Below are positions 22,371 to 34,368 of a stretch of 64,000 bases of DNA, in pieces (positions within the stretch are counted from its first letter, which is position 1; every line of letters starts with the position of its first letter). The notes under the pieces are model-generated. The model was not told the origin of the DNA. It saw only the letters and a list, made by a program, of their open reading frames with translations, and did no database searches. Both the position numbers and the translations under genes were made by a program. Source of the DNA: Malacoraja senta (Eukaryota); contig CM075984.1 in assembly GCA_038087875.1 (NCBI GenBank), positions 10,044,001 through 10,108,000 on the forward strand. Reading direction: 5' to 3'.

Positions 22371-22864
22371 GGGTGAGTGGGGATCTTGTAGAAACATATA
22401 CAATTCTTAAAGGATTGGACAAGCTAGATGCAGGAAAGATTTTCCCGATGTTGGGTCCAGAACCAGGGGTCACAGTTTAAGAATAAAGGGCTGAGATGAG
22501 GAAAAACTTTTTCACCCAGAGAGTTGTGAATCGGTGGAATTCTCTGCCACAGAAGGCAGTGGAGGCCAATTCACTGGATGATTTCCAGAGTGAGTTAGAT
22601 TTAGCTCTTTGGGCAAAAGGAATCAGGGGATATGGGGCAAAAGCAGGAGCGGGGTACTGATTTTAGATGATCAGCCATGATCAATTTGAATGGTGGTGCT
22701 GGCTCGAAGGACCGAATGGCCTACTCCTGCACCTATTTTCTATGTTTCAATGTTTCTACATAAAGGAAACCAAATCCTGTTTGTTTCACTGATTTGTTGG
22801 ATAACTCCTCTGTCCATAAGTGTAACAATGACCTTCCAGTTGTTTGATGCTTTAATTCTCTATT

Positions 22865-23082
22865 TTCACTCAGGGTGGTGGATACATGGAACGAGCTGCC
22901 AGAGGAGGTAGTTGCGGCAGTTACTATAATAGCATTTAAAAGACTTGGACACGTGCATGAATAGAAAGGTTGAGAGTGATGTAGGCCAAATGTGGATCAA
23001 TGGGACTAGCTTCGATGGGGCATTTTGGTCAGCATGTACGAGTTGGGCCAAAGGGCCTGTTTCTGTGCTGTGTGACTGACTC
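22865..23082 (+). mobile_element. CR1 3' end (different subfamily)
   Basis: cactcagggtggtggatacatggaacgagctgccagagg...gggccaaagggcctgtttc. Confidence 0.75.
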
Positions 23083-24091
23083 TAGGACTATAAGCTATTC
23101 TTACTGCGCTCTTTCCATCGTCAGCCTGTGATGCAGTTCCAGTGAAGCTCAATTGTAGTCTATCGAATAATATCTCATTCTATAATCAGACAGTTCTCCA
23201 AGCTTAACATTGGAATGAACAATTTAAGATAATCAACAATTCAAGACTTTCTATTACAATTTGCACATTTATTTCTTCTGATAATTCCATAAATTCTTCC
23301 TATTCTTGTATCTGCATGCCCTTCATATATACCCATTGCTATTTTGAATCACTTTACCACCTTGCTGTCTTTGTCCTTTATTCTCTCATGCTTTCTATTA
23401 TTTCATTTTCATTTGTGTCTTCTACTTCCCTGCCTCTCTTTCTCTCTGCATCTTAGTGATTATCTTTGGCTTACTCCAGCTCCGTCAAAAGGCCACCATG
23501 TTAATTCTGCCTCTTACCAGCTGCCTGACGTGCTGAGTATGTCCAGCACTTGATGCTTTATTTGGAATTTTCTATCATATTTTATGTTTGGATGATGGCT
23601 TGTGCACCGTCAACCAAGAGCTGACTAGTGCACACATTGGATGCTCCTAGTTGCAGGAGATCTCAGCAGACCTTGCAGCCCCTGGTTCCATCATAGGCTC
23701 ACGTGGTCAAAAGCAGGAAATCTGAAGTGGACAACTTTGACTACCCCCGTCTCAGTTTGCATTGTTGACCTGAACCTTCTGTATCTTCCTGTACAACTTC
23801 CGTGAACTGATGTCAGGTATTGTTCAGGGTGGTTCTGAAGTAGTGAACCAATATAATGGATGTCCAGCCCCATCTCTTCAGTGCTCCATCTCTAAGATAT
23901 TGTGTAAGGTTGATTTACTACAGGCAGGTTTGTGAGTTGTCCATTCACCCGCTACTTTGGCTTGAGATAATGCAGCGATTTACCTAGTTAACCCCCCAAA
24001 AGTTGCTACTGTACATTCATTGTGCTTTTTTAAAAACTGGGGCAACTGCAGAAACTAAAAAGGACAAACAAAAAGGACAAAAGAACAAACA

Positions 24092-24212
24092 GGCTGAAGA
24101 AGGGTTTTGACCTGAAACGTCATCTACCCATGTTCTCCAGGGATGCTGCATGACCCGCAGAATTACTCCAACACTTTGTGTCCTTCTGTGTATTTGCAGC
24201 ATCTGCAGTTCT
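24092..24212 (+). mobile_element. PLE pLTR fragment with hammerhead-like core
   Basis: ggCTGAAGAagggttttgacctGAAAcgtc plus pLTR body. Confidence 0.7.
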
Positions 24213-24552
24213 TTAGTTTAGTTTATTTTACTTTAGAAATACAGAGGGGAAACAGGCCCTTCGGCCCACTGAGTCCGCACCGACCAGCGATCCCCGCACA
24301 TTAACACAAGCCTACACACACTAGGGTCAATTTACACTCATCCCAAATATACAAACCCAAGCCAATTAACCTACAAACCTGTACGTCTTTGGAGTGTGGG
24401 AGGAAACTGAAGTACCTGGAGAAAGCCTACGAGGTCACAGGGAGCACGTACAAACTCTGTACAGATAGCACCCGTAGTCGGGATCGAACCCGGGTCTCTA
24501 GCTGCAAGCACTGTAAGGCAGCAACTCTACCGCTGTGCTACTGTGCAGCCCG
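24213..24552 (-). mobile_element. HE1/V-type SINE
   Basis: Full head, core and tail on the minus strand. Confidence 0.87.
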
Positions 24553-25469
24553 TTTCTTTGCTTCTGCAGAAAATAAAAGTAAGCTTTCAGTGAAGATCAA
24601 CCTGCAAAATGCTGTTTGAAACAATAAGGGCCTGCTGTGTTCAGTACACGAAAAGTTGATGACGCAGCCTACTTTATTAAAAAAAAAGCTAAGAAAAATC
24701 CATAATCAATGTACAGTATGTGTCAAAATATTGGAGTAACACCCTGATAAGTGCTAACACCCACTCATAATCAGACTCCTAGCAATCACAATTAACACCC
24801 ACAGGTATATAGAAATTGCCAGTCTGGCTTTCATTCAATTAGGAGCTAATTGTTGACTGCATTGATGCTTTTCGTCAGCTCCTGGTAACCTGTTATTGCC
24901 ATGTTCCATGAGGAAAATCTGGTTAATCAGAAACAGATGGATGATTTTGATGGGTTATGGAAGCTTCCAAGAGTTCAGATTTACCTGAATAATTAAGTGT
25001 TATTTTTGCTACATTTTCATTGAACAAAGCAAGCAATATTGATTCAACCTCCACTAAATGTATTGGAAGGGAAAATTAGGACAGATGCACATTGGTGGCT
25101 GAATCAATATTTACAATCAAGTGTGCATTTGAGTTACGAAGAATGCTCAGATCAATTCGGCTGATTCTAAGACTAGTTGGAAAATTTGAAGGACATGATG
25201 TTGACTGATGCCAAGGACGTCTTTGCAAGAAAGTAAAACACATAAACATTTTCCAGGAGCAAAATATCTGTTGGTCCCGCTCACAGTAAAGAATAACGCA
25301 AGCAAACCTGATTCATTTTCAATAGCAGAACAGAACTAGCACAGAACTTTCTTTGATTGATTTATTGTTGTTACCTGTACTGAGTTACAGTGAAAAGCCG
25401 TGTTTGCATGCTATCCAATTAAATCACCTCATGTTATACATAAGCACAGTCAGGACATATGCAAGTACA

Positions 25470-26026
25470 GGTAGGAAGGAACTGCAGATGCAGGTTTACA
25501 CCGAAGATAGAAACAAAATGCTGGAGGAACTCAGCGCATCAGGCAGCATCTCTGGAGAAAAGGAATAGGTGACATTTTGGGTTGAGACCTTTCTTCAGAA
25601 CTTCTTTTTAGTTTAGTTTAGTTGAATTTAGTTAAGTTTAGAGATACAGCACAGAAACAGGCCCTTCGGCCCACCGAGTCTCCGCACAGTTGCACTATCC
25701 TACGCACTTGCGACAATTTACTATTATATCAAGCCAATTAGCCTACAAACCTGTAGGTCTTTGGAAATGTGGGAGGAAACCGGAGATCCCAGAGAAAACC
25801 AACGCAGTTCACAGGGAGAACATACAAACTCTGTAAAGACAAGCGCACATAGTCAGGAGCTGTAAGGCAGCAACTCTACCACAACACCATCGTGCTGCCC
25901 CTGGGCCACCATGTCGCCCCTTCAAAGGGTCTGAATAAGGGTCTCGACTCGAAACGTCACCTATTCCTTTTCTCCTGAAATGCTGCCTGACCTGTCGAGT
26001 TACTCCAGCATTTTGTGGCTATCTTC
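25470..26026. mobile_element. Palindromic PLE mini-element split by a SINE
   Basis: Arms at ~25470-25599 and ~25925-26026; TSD cata(tg/ca)caagtaca at 25456-25469 and 26027-26040. Confidence 0.8.
25606..25900 (-). mobile_element. HE1/V-type SINE
   Basis: (tttag)n tail, core and head on the minus strand. Confidence 0.82.
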
Positions 26027-26389
26027 CATACACAAGTACAACAGATAGTGCAAAGAGGAAAATACCACAGTGCAGAGCATGGTTTTACAACATCGTGGTA
26101 ATGCAGTTCCAGTGAAAAAATCCAGGACTATCCCTTAACTTAAGGGAGCGTCGTTCAGTAGTCTGGCAATAGATGGGAAGAAAATGTCCCTGAATCGTGT
26201 GAGACATGCTTTGAAGCTTTTGTGCCTTCTACTCGATGGGTGAGTGGAGAAAAAGGAATGGCCAGGGGTAAAAGAGGTCCTTGATTATGTTGGCTGCAAT
26301 ATTTTGACTTGCAAGGCACATTATTTTGACTTCTGTCCCAAGGCACCAAATTCAGAGACTGTGACTCAGTCAAAAGAGCCACCAGAGAA

Positions 26390-26570
26390 CATAGATCCAT
26401 AGATCCAAAGATTCATACAGCATGGAAACAGGCCTTTCAGCCCAATTTGCCCATGCCGACCAGGATACCCGATCTACACTAGTCCCACCTGCCTGCATTT
26501 GGCCCTTATCCCTCTAAACTTTTCCTAGCTCTGTGCCCGTTAAAATGTTTTTTGAATGTTGCTAAAGTAC
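26390..26570 (-). mobile_element. CR1 3' end
   Basis: catacagcatggaaacaggcctttcagcccaa...catttggccc. Confidence 0.7.
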
Positions 26571-26925
26571 CTGTTAAACACCAGCTAAATGTTGCGCAAC
26601 ATGTCCCAAACTATTCATAAAATCCATGCAAAAAGATACAGTTGTTCTCTGGGGGAAGAGACCACTAAACCTGTAAACCTGTTGCAAACCGTAAGCCAAA
26701 ATGTGGGCAAACAGATGTACAGGCATGAATAATATGACCAATAAACTGAACGTTGCAAAGAACTCTGTTGAAATAATCCTAAGACACTGCCTTCATTGCA
26801 ATTCCCCAGCTTCCAATGATGCAAGAATATAACCAAGCACCAACTCCTCACATGTGGAACAGCAGATAATGAGACTGCACTGACGTTGTGTCCTGGTTCA
26901 TCTCTATTATTCAGCATAGTCTAGC

Positions 26926-27136
26926 AAATCTGTGGAATTCATTACCATAAACGGCTGTGGAGGTCATGTCAATGGGTGGAAATTTATAGATTCTTGATTA
27001 GTAAGGGTGTCAAGGGTTATGGGGAGAAGGCAGGTGAATGGGGTTGAGAGGGAAAGATAGATCAGCCATGATTGAATGGCAGAGAAGACTCGATGGGTGA
27101 ATGGCCTAATTTTGCTGCTACGAGTTATGATCTTAT
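26926..27136 (+). mobile_element. CR1 3' end
   Basis: aatctgtggaattc...ggttatggggagaaggcagg...gatcagccatgattgaatggc. Confidence 0.75.
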
Positions 27137-27656
27137 GCTGCTCTATCCTCCAAACAAGCAGGATTTAACCAAGAGTATGGTTAACATAGGGTCGACATAC
27201 TTACTTATGACCATTATAAACCATGATATCAACAGTGTCAAAAATAACACACGAAAACCGTTTTGAGGGAGGCCATTAGGTGACAGTTATTTTGGCTGCT
27301 TTTAAAACATTCCCCTAAGTCCCTAAGAAACCTTCAACCGCGTAAAGGTGTTTTTATCAAAATAACAGCCGACTATCTCTGTGACCTGCTGAGCTCACAG
27401 ATCTTGCAGCCGCACACACAATTGAGGTCATTTCAGAATGTTGCCGAGTCTCGGACTGACTCTGGCGAGTGTGCAGAGCTGGTCGTGAGAGCATTGTGGC
27501 AACATTTACAAATCTGTACAGGAACTTAGTTGAAACCAGTGCCTATTAATCTTTGCCTTGATATCTATGCTAACTGATGTAAATCCAGGGATGTTGTGAC
27601 CTTGATGTAACTTCATTGAATGCACTTTTTGTCACGGATGGCCTGATTAGGCAGAG

Positions 27657-27977
27657 GGGTGGTATGATGGCGCAGCAGTAGAGTTGCTGTCTTACAGTTG
27701 CTGCCTTACAGAGCCAGAGACTGTTCGATCCTGAATACGGATGCTATCTGTCTGGAATTTACACGTTCTCCCCGTGACCGCATGGGTTTTCTCCGAGATC
27801 TTCAGTTTCCTCCCACACTCCAAAGATGTACAGGTTTGTAGATTAATTATCTTGGGAGAAAAATGTTAAATTGTCCCTATTGTGTGTAGGATAGTGTTAA
27901 TGTTCCTGGATGACTGGTCAGTGCGGACTCGGTGGGCTGAAGGGCCCGTTTCCATGCTGTATATCTAAACTGTAAAC
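27657..27977 (+). mobile_element. HE1/V-type SINE
   Basis: Head tggcgcagcagtagag, core and tail. Confidence 0.83.
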
Positions 27978-29319
27978 TTTCAAATATTTCTCTAATATCA
28001 CACAAAAATACTATGTAATTGCAGATGTCTCTTTACTTTTATTTACCTGTGTTGGGCTTTTGAAATTCTCTGTCTGTCTATACCTTGATACATTTATTGC
28101 TTATTATGGTTCTCTTTTTCCAAATTATATAGAAGGAATAATTTGTCATTGAGAAACATAGAAATTAAATTGTCCTGTATGATTTGGTGTTTGGGTTTTA
28201 GCAAAGGTCCAAGATATAATGTTTTTGAGCACATTCATTTCAAAATGTGAATTCGCAACTGCAAATTAAAATGAATATTACCTATGAAAATGTTTTGATC
28301 AGGTAATTATTGTCTAGAGTAGGAAATATTCATGTATGGTCGCATTACATGTTATTTTATTAGTAAGCCATTCATAATCATTTTGTTCATGGTAAATAAG
28401 AGGGATTGATTTATTAAATATTTGTCTGCCAAGAAAATCAACAAGAAGTTATTTTTCACCTCTTAAAAGTTATTCAACTATCTTTTGCTTTACCCTTTTT
28501 TGACATTTTCTTCATTGTTGGAATACATTACGATCAATATTTTCAGAATAAATATCTTTCCAATATCCATAATTTCCATTCCAGTTCTTCCCTTCCTTTT
28601 GCTCCTGAATATTCCACTGTAATTATTGGAATGTTTTCCACTGAGAAGACAGATACAAAATATTTGTTCAAAGTCCACTCCTACTATTAATTACTTCATC
28701 TCTTGTACGTGACCAATATTTGCCTTAGCTAATCTCTTCTTATACACATGTAAAAGCTCTTACAGTTTGCGTTTACATTTTACCATAATGGCAGTGCTCA
28801 GTGCAGACAAACATCGGGTGAAAGCAAGATTCATGATTCTTGCAACTAAATCATGTGCTTTCTCAAATTACTGAAGGGAGTTTGTGAAGAGAATCACAAA
28901 AAGCTGTGAAGTAATCTGAGGGATATTACATTGATCTTCTTGATTTTAGTTGAATACTTACATACTTTAAAAAGCGGTTGAATAAATACAATTCTGCAAC
29001 AAAACCATGTAACTAACATTTCCTTACTTACAATGCAATCTATTGGCGCTGTCCTTTCTTATTACAAATGACACAATTGATTTTGCACCAGAGCAGAAGA
29101 CGTCTGTTCAAAGTTTCAAGGTTTTCTCGTTCAGTCGCGGATGAGAAAGCGCCTGATTATCGAAAATCCTCAGGGGTTTGCTACAACAGTTTATCTATTC
29201 CTAACAATTAGACAATACATCTAGCAATTTACTTGACATAAGATATGCCTGGATAACTTGGATGTGGCTGCTTCAGAATAACTGCTCCACCTTCCAGAAA
29301 CTGGAAGCTTAACTAATAA

Positions 29320-29452
29320 TGTTCAAGAAGGAACTGCAGATGCTGGAAAATCGAAGGTAGACAAAAATGCTGGAGAAACTCAGCGGGTGAGGCAGCATCT
29401 ATGGAGCGAAGGAAATAGGCAATGTTTCGGGCCGAACCCTTCTTCAGACTGA
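29320..29452 (-). mobile_element. PLE pLTR + tail (intact-element subfamily)
   Basis: Reverse complement of tcagtctgaagaagggtt-cggcccgaaac...catagatgctgc...cagcatctgcagttccttcttgaac. Confidence 0.85.
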
Positions 29453-29689
29453 TAACCTTTCCTGAAATTTGGTGTCATTTATGTCATTCTCACATCCTCC
29501 TCCTAACTGTTACAGATTTGACAGAGTGAGAGCGTAGGATCACATTTGGTGATATTAACAATCTCACCAAACATTTATTGACAGAGCGAGGTTCAACAAC
29601 TGGTAGTTGAGTCATTGAATCGACATTATCATTATGCCATTCATACAATATCATATATAAGCAAAGTTAATGTTCAAACAGTCGCACAG

Positions 29690-30305
29690 TCATAGAGTCT
29701 ACAGTCATGGAAACAGGCCCTTCAGCCCAACTTGTCCATTTGGCATTTGGCCCACGTCCATCTAAGTGTCTTTTAAATACTTTTATAGTAGGGGGCCGCA
29801 CGGTGGTGCAGCAGTAGAGTTGCTGCCTTACAGCGCTTGCAGTGACGGAGACCCAGGTTTGATCCCGACTACGGATGCTGTCTGTTCGGAGTTTGTACGT
29901 TCTCCCTGTGACCGCGTGGGTTTTCCCCGAGATCTTCGGTTTCCTCCTACACTCCAAAGACGTAAAGGTTTGTTGGTTAGTTGGCTTGGTATAAGTGTAA
30001 ATTGTCCCTAGTGTAGGATAGTGTTAATGTGCGGGGATCGCTGGTCGGTGCGAACTTGGCGGGCCGAAGGGCCTGTTTCCATGCTGTGCCTATAAACTAA
30101 ACTAAACTAAAGTAACTACCTCAACTACCTCTCCTGGCAACTCATTCCATATACCCACCACCCTCTGTGTGAAAAAAAATACCCCTCATGTTCCTATTAA
30201 ATCTTTCTCCTCTCGCCTTAAATGTGTGCGCTGAAGTTCTTGATTCCCCTATCCTGGGTGAAAGATTCTGTGCATTCACCCCATCTATCCCCATCATGAT
30301 TTTAT
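29690..30305 (-). mobile_element. CR1 3' end interrupted by a SINE
   Basis: KIMMGIDGVNAQNL..GESRT..FKARGERFN at 30142-30300; the tail continues at ~29690-29790. Confidence 0.7.
29792..30111 (+). mobile_element. HE1/V-type SINE
   Basis: Head, core and (ctaaa)n tail. Confidence 0.88.
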
Positions 30306-31087
30306 CCAACCTGTGGGTCACAATGAACAAGAACCTGTGAACTCAACAGCAACTCCCCATGCACAATTTCTTGCTCCTTCATCCTCTCACTTTGCTTAAT
30401 AATGGTGGAAAAGATCCACAGTAAGCATTTGAGCTTATTTCCTTTAGACAGCAAGGTGCAGGTTGAGCTTTCAATTATTGAGGTGTAGTGTTTTCTTTCA
30501 ACTGAATCTTGGCTTTCATTCCTTGAATGCTATCACTCCAGGCTACTTGTCAAGCACCGCGAACAGAGACAGTTTGTTCCTGACCTTAATCTCTGCAAAA
30601 TCTAGTGTTCATTTTGATAACCAGTTCCAATTCATCGAATGTAATTCTTGTCATGGATCAATCAGAAGGCATAGCTTCACTGCACTTTGTTTCTCAGTCC
30701 AACCACATCTTTCCCACTTTGATCTTTTCCCCAGTGCAGGCTGAACGATTGCAGATTATCACTTATGCTTCAGTGTACCTTCTGATCAATGCCACTCACG
30801 TCTCTGCATAACATGTATGCGTTCTTGTGTCACCAGCATTCCTTCAATGTATGCTGATATGGAGAGGTTGAGTGGAATTCTGATTTAGCAATCCTTTTAA
30901 ATCCAAATGTATGATACTCGTTATTAATACGCTTCACACTGCTTGTTATTTATGTCACCGTGTCTACTTTGCTTCCTTTTATTTTCTTAAAGATGCAGTT
31001 TACCTATATCCTATCTGTTTAACATTCTGAGCTTTTGCTAAATGGCATTGCAAAGCCTGTGCTTATTTAACAGCTAATTCCATTGAC

Positions 31088-31444
31088 TTTAGTTTAGTTT
31101 AGAGATACAGCGTGAAAACCGGCCCTTCGGCCCACCGAGTCCGCACAGATCAATGATCCCAGCATATTAACACTATCTACATTCACGAGGGATCATTTTA
31201 TATTTTTATACCAAGCCGATTAACTTTACACTCCCGCACGTCTTTGGAATGTGGGAGGAAACCGAAGTTCTCAGAGAAAATCCACGCAGGTCACGGGGAG
31301 AAGGTAGAAACTCCATACAGGCAAGTCAGAATCGAACCCGGGACCAAGGGCTCTGGCGCTATAGCAACTCTACTGCTGCACCATCGTGCCCCCATGCCAG
31401 CTGGTCAACATCAACTGCCTGCTTGAAATCCTGAAATAGCTGTC
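31088..31444 (-). mobile_element. HE1/V-type SINE with ~52-bp 5' leader
   Basis: SINE at 31088-31392; leader 31393-31444 is shared with the copy at 38218-38563. Confidence 0.82.
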
Positions 31445-31644
31445 TATAACCAAACCAAAGGACAAGACACAATTGGTAAAACTAGTTCAGCAACATGAGT
31501 GCCAAGTGCTTCGGTGAAACACAATAGTTTTAACAAACAAAATCTCTATCCAGCTGAACCTTTTGCAGCTTCTGTAGTAGATTTGCCAGTCATCTTCTCA
31601 CTGAGCAACTTCCAATGAGAATGCACATCATGGAATCCTCCAAA

Positions 31645-31860
31645 GATAGACACAAAAAGCTGGAGTAACTCAGCGGGCCAGACAGCATCTCTGGAGAACA
31701 GGAATGAGTGATGTTTCGGGTCGGAACCTTTCTTCAGATTGTCTCATCCTGAAATGTCACCTACTCCTGTTCTTCAGAGATGCTGTCTGACCTACTGAGT
31801 TACTCCAGCTGTTTGTGTTTATCTTTGGTTAAAACCAGCATCGGCAGTTCCTTCCAACAT
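31645..31860. mobile_element. Palindromic PLE mini-element
   Basis: Exact 15-bp TSD atggaatcctccaaa (31630-31644, 31861-31875); inverted arms, tail on the right arm only. Confidence 0.87.
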
Positions 31861-32045
31861 ATGGAATCCTCCAAACTTGTATCACTCTCAATATTCAATA
31901 ATGCTTCTCAAATCAACAACAAAATCTGCAATAATTTTTCCCAAATGGCGCTTCTGCCTGTTAAACCCGCGCACTTGCACTACAAGACTCATTCATGTCT
32001 GACTTGTTTATCCAAATCTTCATAGGCCTTGTCTATCAACTTGGA

Positions 32046-32205
32046 CAGACACAAAAAGCTGGAGAAACTCAGCGGGACAGGCAGCATCTCTGGGGAGAAG
32101 GAATGGGTGACATTTCGGATCGAAACCCTTCTTCAGACTGAGATTCAGGGGGGAGGGAAACTAGAGATACGGAAGGGTGAGGTGTGAAAATGTGAGATCA
32201 AAGCA
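32046..32205 (-). mobile_element. PLE pLTR/3' UTR fragment
   Basis: Reverse complement of the sequence type at 1830-1980; core ctgaagaagggtttcgatccgaaa. Confidence 0.78.
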
Positions 32206-33334
32206 GAACTTGACTGGAACCAGCCATTTTTAGGTCGTCAGTTTTTATCGGTACTTAAAAACTGAAATATGAGCAACATAAACTTATTCCTCTCTTCTAA
32301 GTTGCTATTTGCAGCAAAAAGACGTTCCATCCTTTCCACATATTCAGTTGATGATTTGATTAAAATATTGAACAAATCCATTGTACCAGCTATGGGGAGC
32401 TTGACTTGTACAATGCCTCAACAAAACTGAGTGCAAAAATAAAAAAATACAGCTTAGTTTCAGTAAACTCCACAGATCCAAAATAAAAGATCACAGGTCT
32501 CCTGAAAGACTCCTCTTGGAGCCATCTTCTTGAATCTCCTTCATTATCTGTGGCCAATTATTAAAATGGCAGCATTCAGTGTATGCAATCTTTAAGTTAA
32601 ATGAGCCTCACATATCATCAATTGAACACCACGTGCTTTCTGATTGCAAAGCGATTGTGATTTTGTCGTCATTAAAATATTTGCTGGAGTTTAAAAATAG
32701 ACTCACAATAATTCTGAATGTCTCTTAGATTCATCTTCAGTATATCATATACCTCTTGCTTGATTACTCTCAGAATCATCATCTTTCCCTTTATTATTTT
32801 TCTTCCAATAATTTCTACACAAAGAAATGCCACTCGGTACTAAATTTAATAAATGTTCAATACATTTATTAATCCTGAAAGAGCAGGAATCAATCTTTCA
32901 GGTTGAGTAAAGATAAACGTTAAAAGAAATATGTCCCAATTAGAGCCACTGATTGGGTTCCTTGTTACAGTTACAATGGAGGCAAAGTGTGCAGTATTCA
33001 GTGTCCACTCTATCAACTCCACGATGCCTCGGAATTGAACGATTGCCATAGATTAGTGGATTCCAGTGTAAATCTTCAAAGTGGCTTCAACCTGAGATGG
33101 ATTAGCACTCTACTCAAACCTCAGCACAAGGAGATAGTGGTCAAAGCGCCATCATAAGTGCTTCCTGACCACCCTCTGATGTTCAGCCTACCTACAGTTT
33201 CCACGCACGCTCACTCACTGCAATGGGAAAACCATGTTGAAGCTAACCTTGTGTTTTGTTGTTGGACTCACCACTGAGTGCATCTGTAATTCCAAAATAC
33301 ATGGAGCGTACACATGGAATGGCCGACATTGGAA

Positions 33335-33448
33335 GATGGGTCTCGACCTAAGGTCAGAAGAAGGGTCTCGACCTGAAACGTCACCCATTCCTTCTCTCCA
33401 GAGATAATGCCTTCCCCACTGAGTTACTCCAGCATTTTGTGTCTATCT
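33335..33448 (+). mobile_element. PLE mini-element with partially duplicated core
   Basis: 9-bp TSD acattggaa (33326-33334, 33449-33457); gggtctcgacc occurs twice. Confidence 0.78.
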
Positions 33449-33676
33449 ACATTGGAAAACTAAGTTTAGTTTAAGTTCTCTGTTCAGTTTTCTTCACTGC
33501 ACTTTATTGTCATGTTCCTAACCAATTTACAGTAGTTTAAGTCATATTAACTTTTAATTGACATGCAATAATTTAACCTGTGTTTACATTTTTCTGGTTA
33601 GCAGAGATATTTAGAATCAGTGAAAATATCTTTTGGAGTTTGTGTTGTCTAAAACTGTCAGAACCTTACTGAGTCA

Positions 33677-33790
33677 CAAGGAACTGCCGATGCTGCCATC
33701 TTGAACAAAACACAAAGACCGTGAGGAATTCAACAGGTCAGGCACCATCTGTGGATGGAACGTTTTGGGTCAGACTCTTCTTCAGACTGA
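33677..33790 (-). mobile_element. Decayed PLE pLTR
   Basis: aaggaactgccgatgctg...cttcttcagactga. Confidence 0.65.
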
Positions 33791-33796
33791 TTCTAA

Positions 33797-34368
33797 AGGG
33801 GCTGTCCCACTTGGGCGACCTAATTGGCGAGTTTAGAAGAGTTTGAAAAAATGACATGTTGAAGACCTCCTTCGACTATGTAGAAGACCTCCTTCGACCT
33901 CCTTCGACTATGTTGAAGACCAGCTTCAACTAGCTACGACTAACTTCAGGAAAATTGGACACCGAATAGTGGAGAGTGAAGACGACCTCCTTCGATCTCC
34001 TTGGACCTCCCTTCGACTATGATGAAGACTATCTATGACGACCTTCGACTACCTTTGATTATCCTCGATTCCCTATGACTAACATGCCGACCTACTACGA
34101 CCTACTACAACCTGCTATGACTAAACCTACGAGTAAAAAAAGTATCGATTTTTTCCATGGCGACCTTTTTTTACTCGCGGGCACTTTTTAACATATTGAA
34201 AAAAACACCGCGACCTAGCTGAGGCCTCGAGTACGCAGAGACCACTCTCGAGCATGAAGGAGAGTTACGAAGACCTCCTACGACCTCGTGTTGACCATGC
34301 TGCGAGTGTGAGTCGAGGGCAAACTCACCAGAACTCGCGGATTAGGTCGCCCAAATGGGACAGGCCCT
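33797..34368. mobile_element. PIF/Harbinger-like MITE (572 bp)
   Basis: TIRs aggggctgtcccacttgggcgacctaat / attaggtcgcccaaatgggacaggccct; TAA TSD at 33794-96 and 34369-71. Confidence 0.88.

Larger units (their letters stand above)
20540..22757 (+). mobile_element. CR1 LINE (RT region to 3' end) with two nested insertions
   Basis: SPGPDGLHPRV, WRLANVTPLFKKGGREKAGNYRPVSLTS, VYLDFQKAFDKVPH, KFADDTKL, LEYCVQFWSP; (ctatgttt)-type tail. Confidence 0.9.
25352..26310 (-). mobile_element. Rex1/Babar-like LINE 3' remnant hosting a PLE mini-element and a SINE
   Basis: 26160-26270 resembles the Rex1 C-terminus (FSPL..GRRYKS..T.RF.N.FFP); AATAAA and a short tandem tail at ~25352-25363 on the minus strand. 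Confidence 0.55.
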
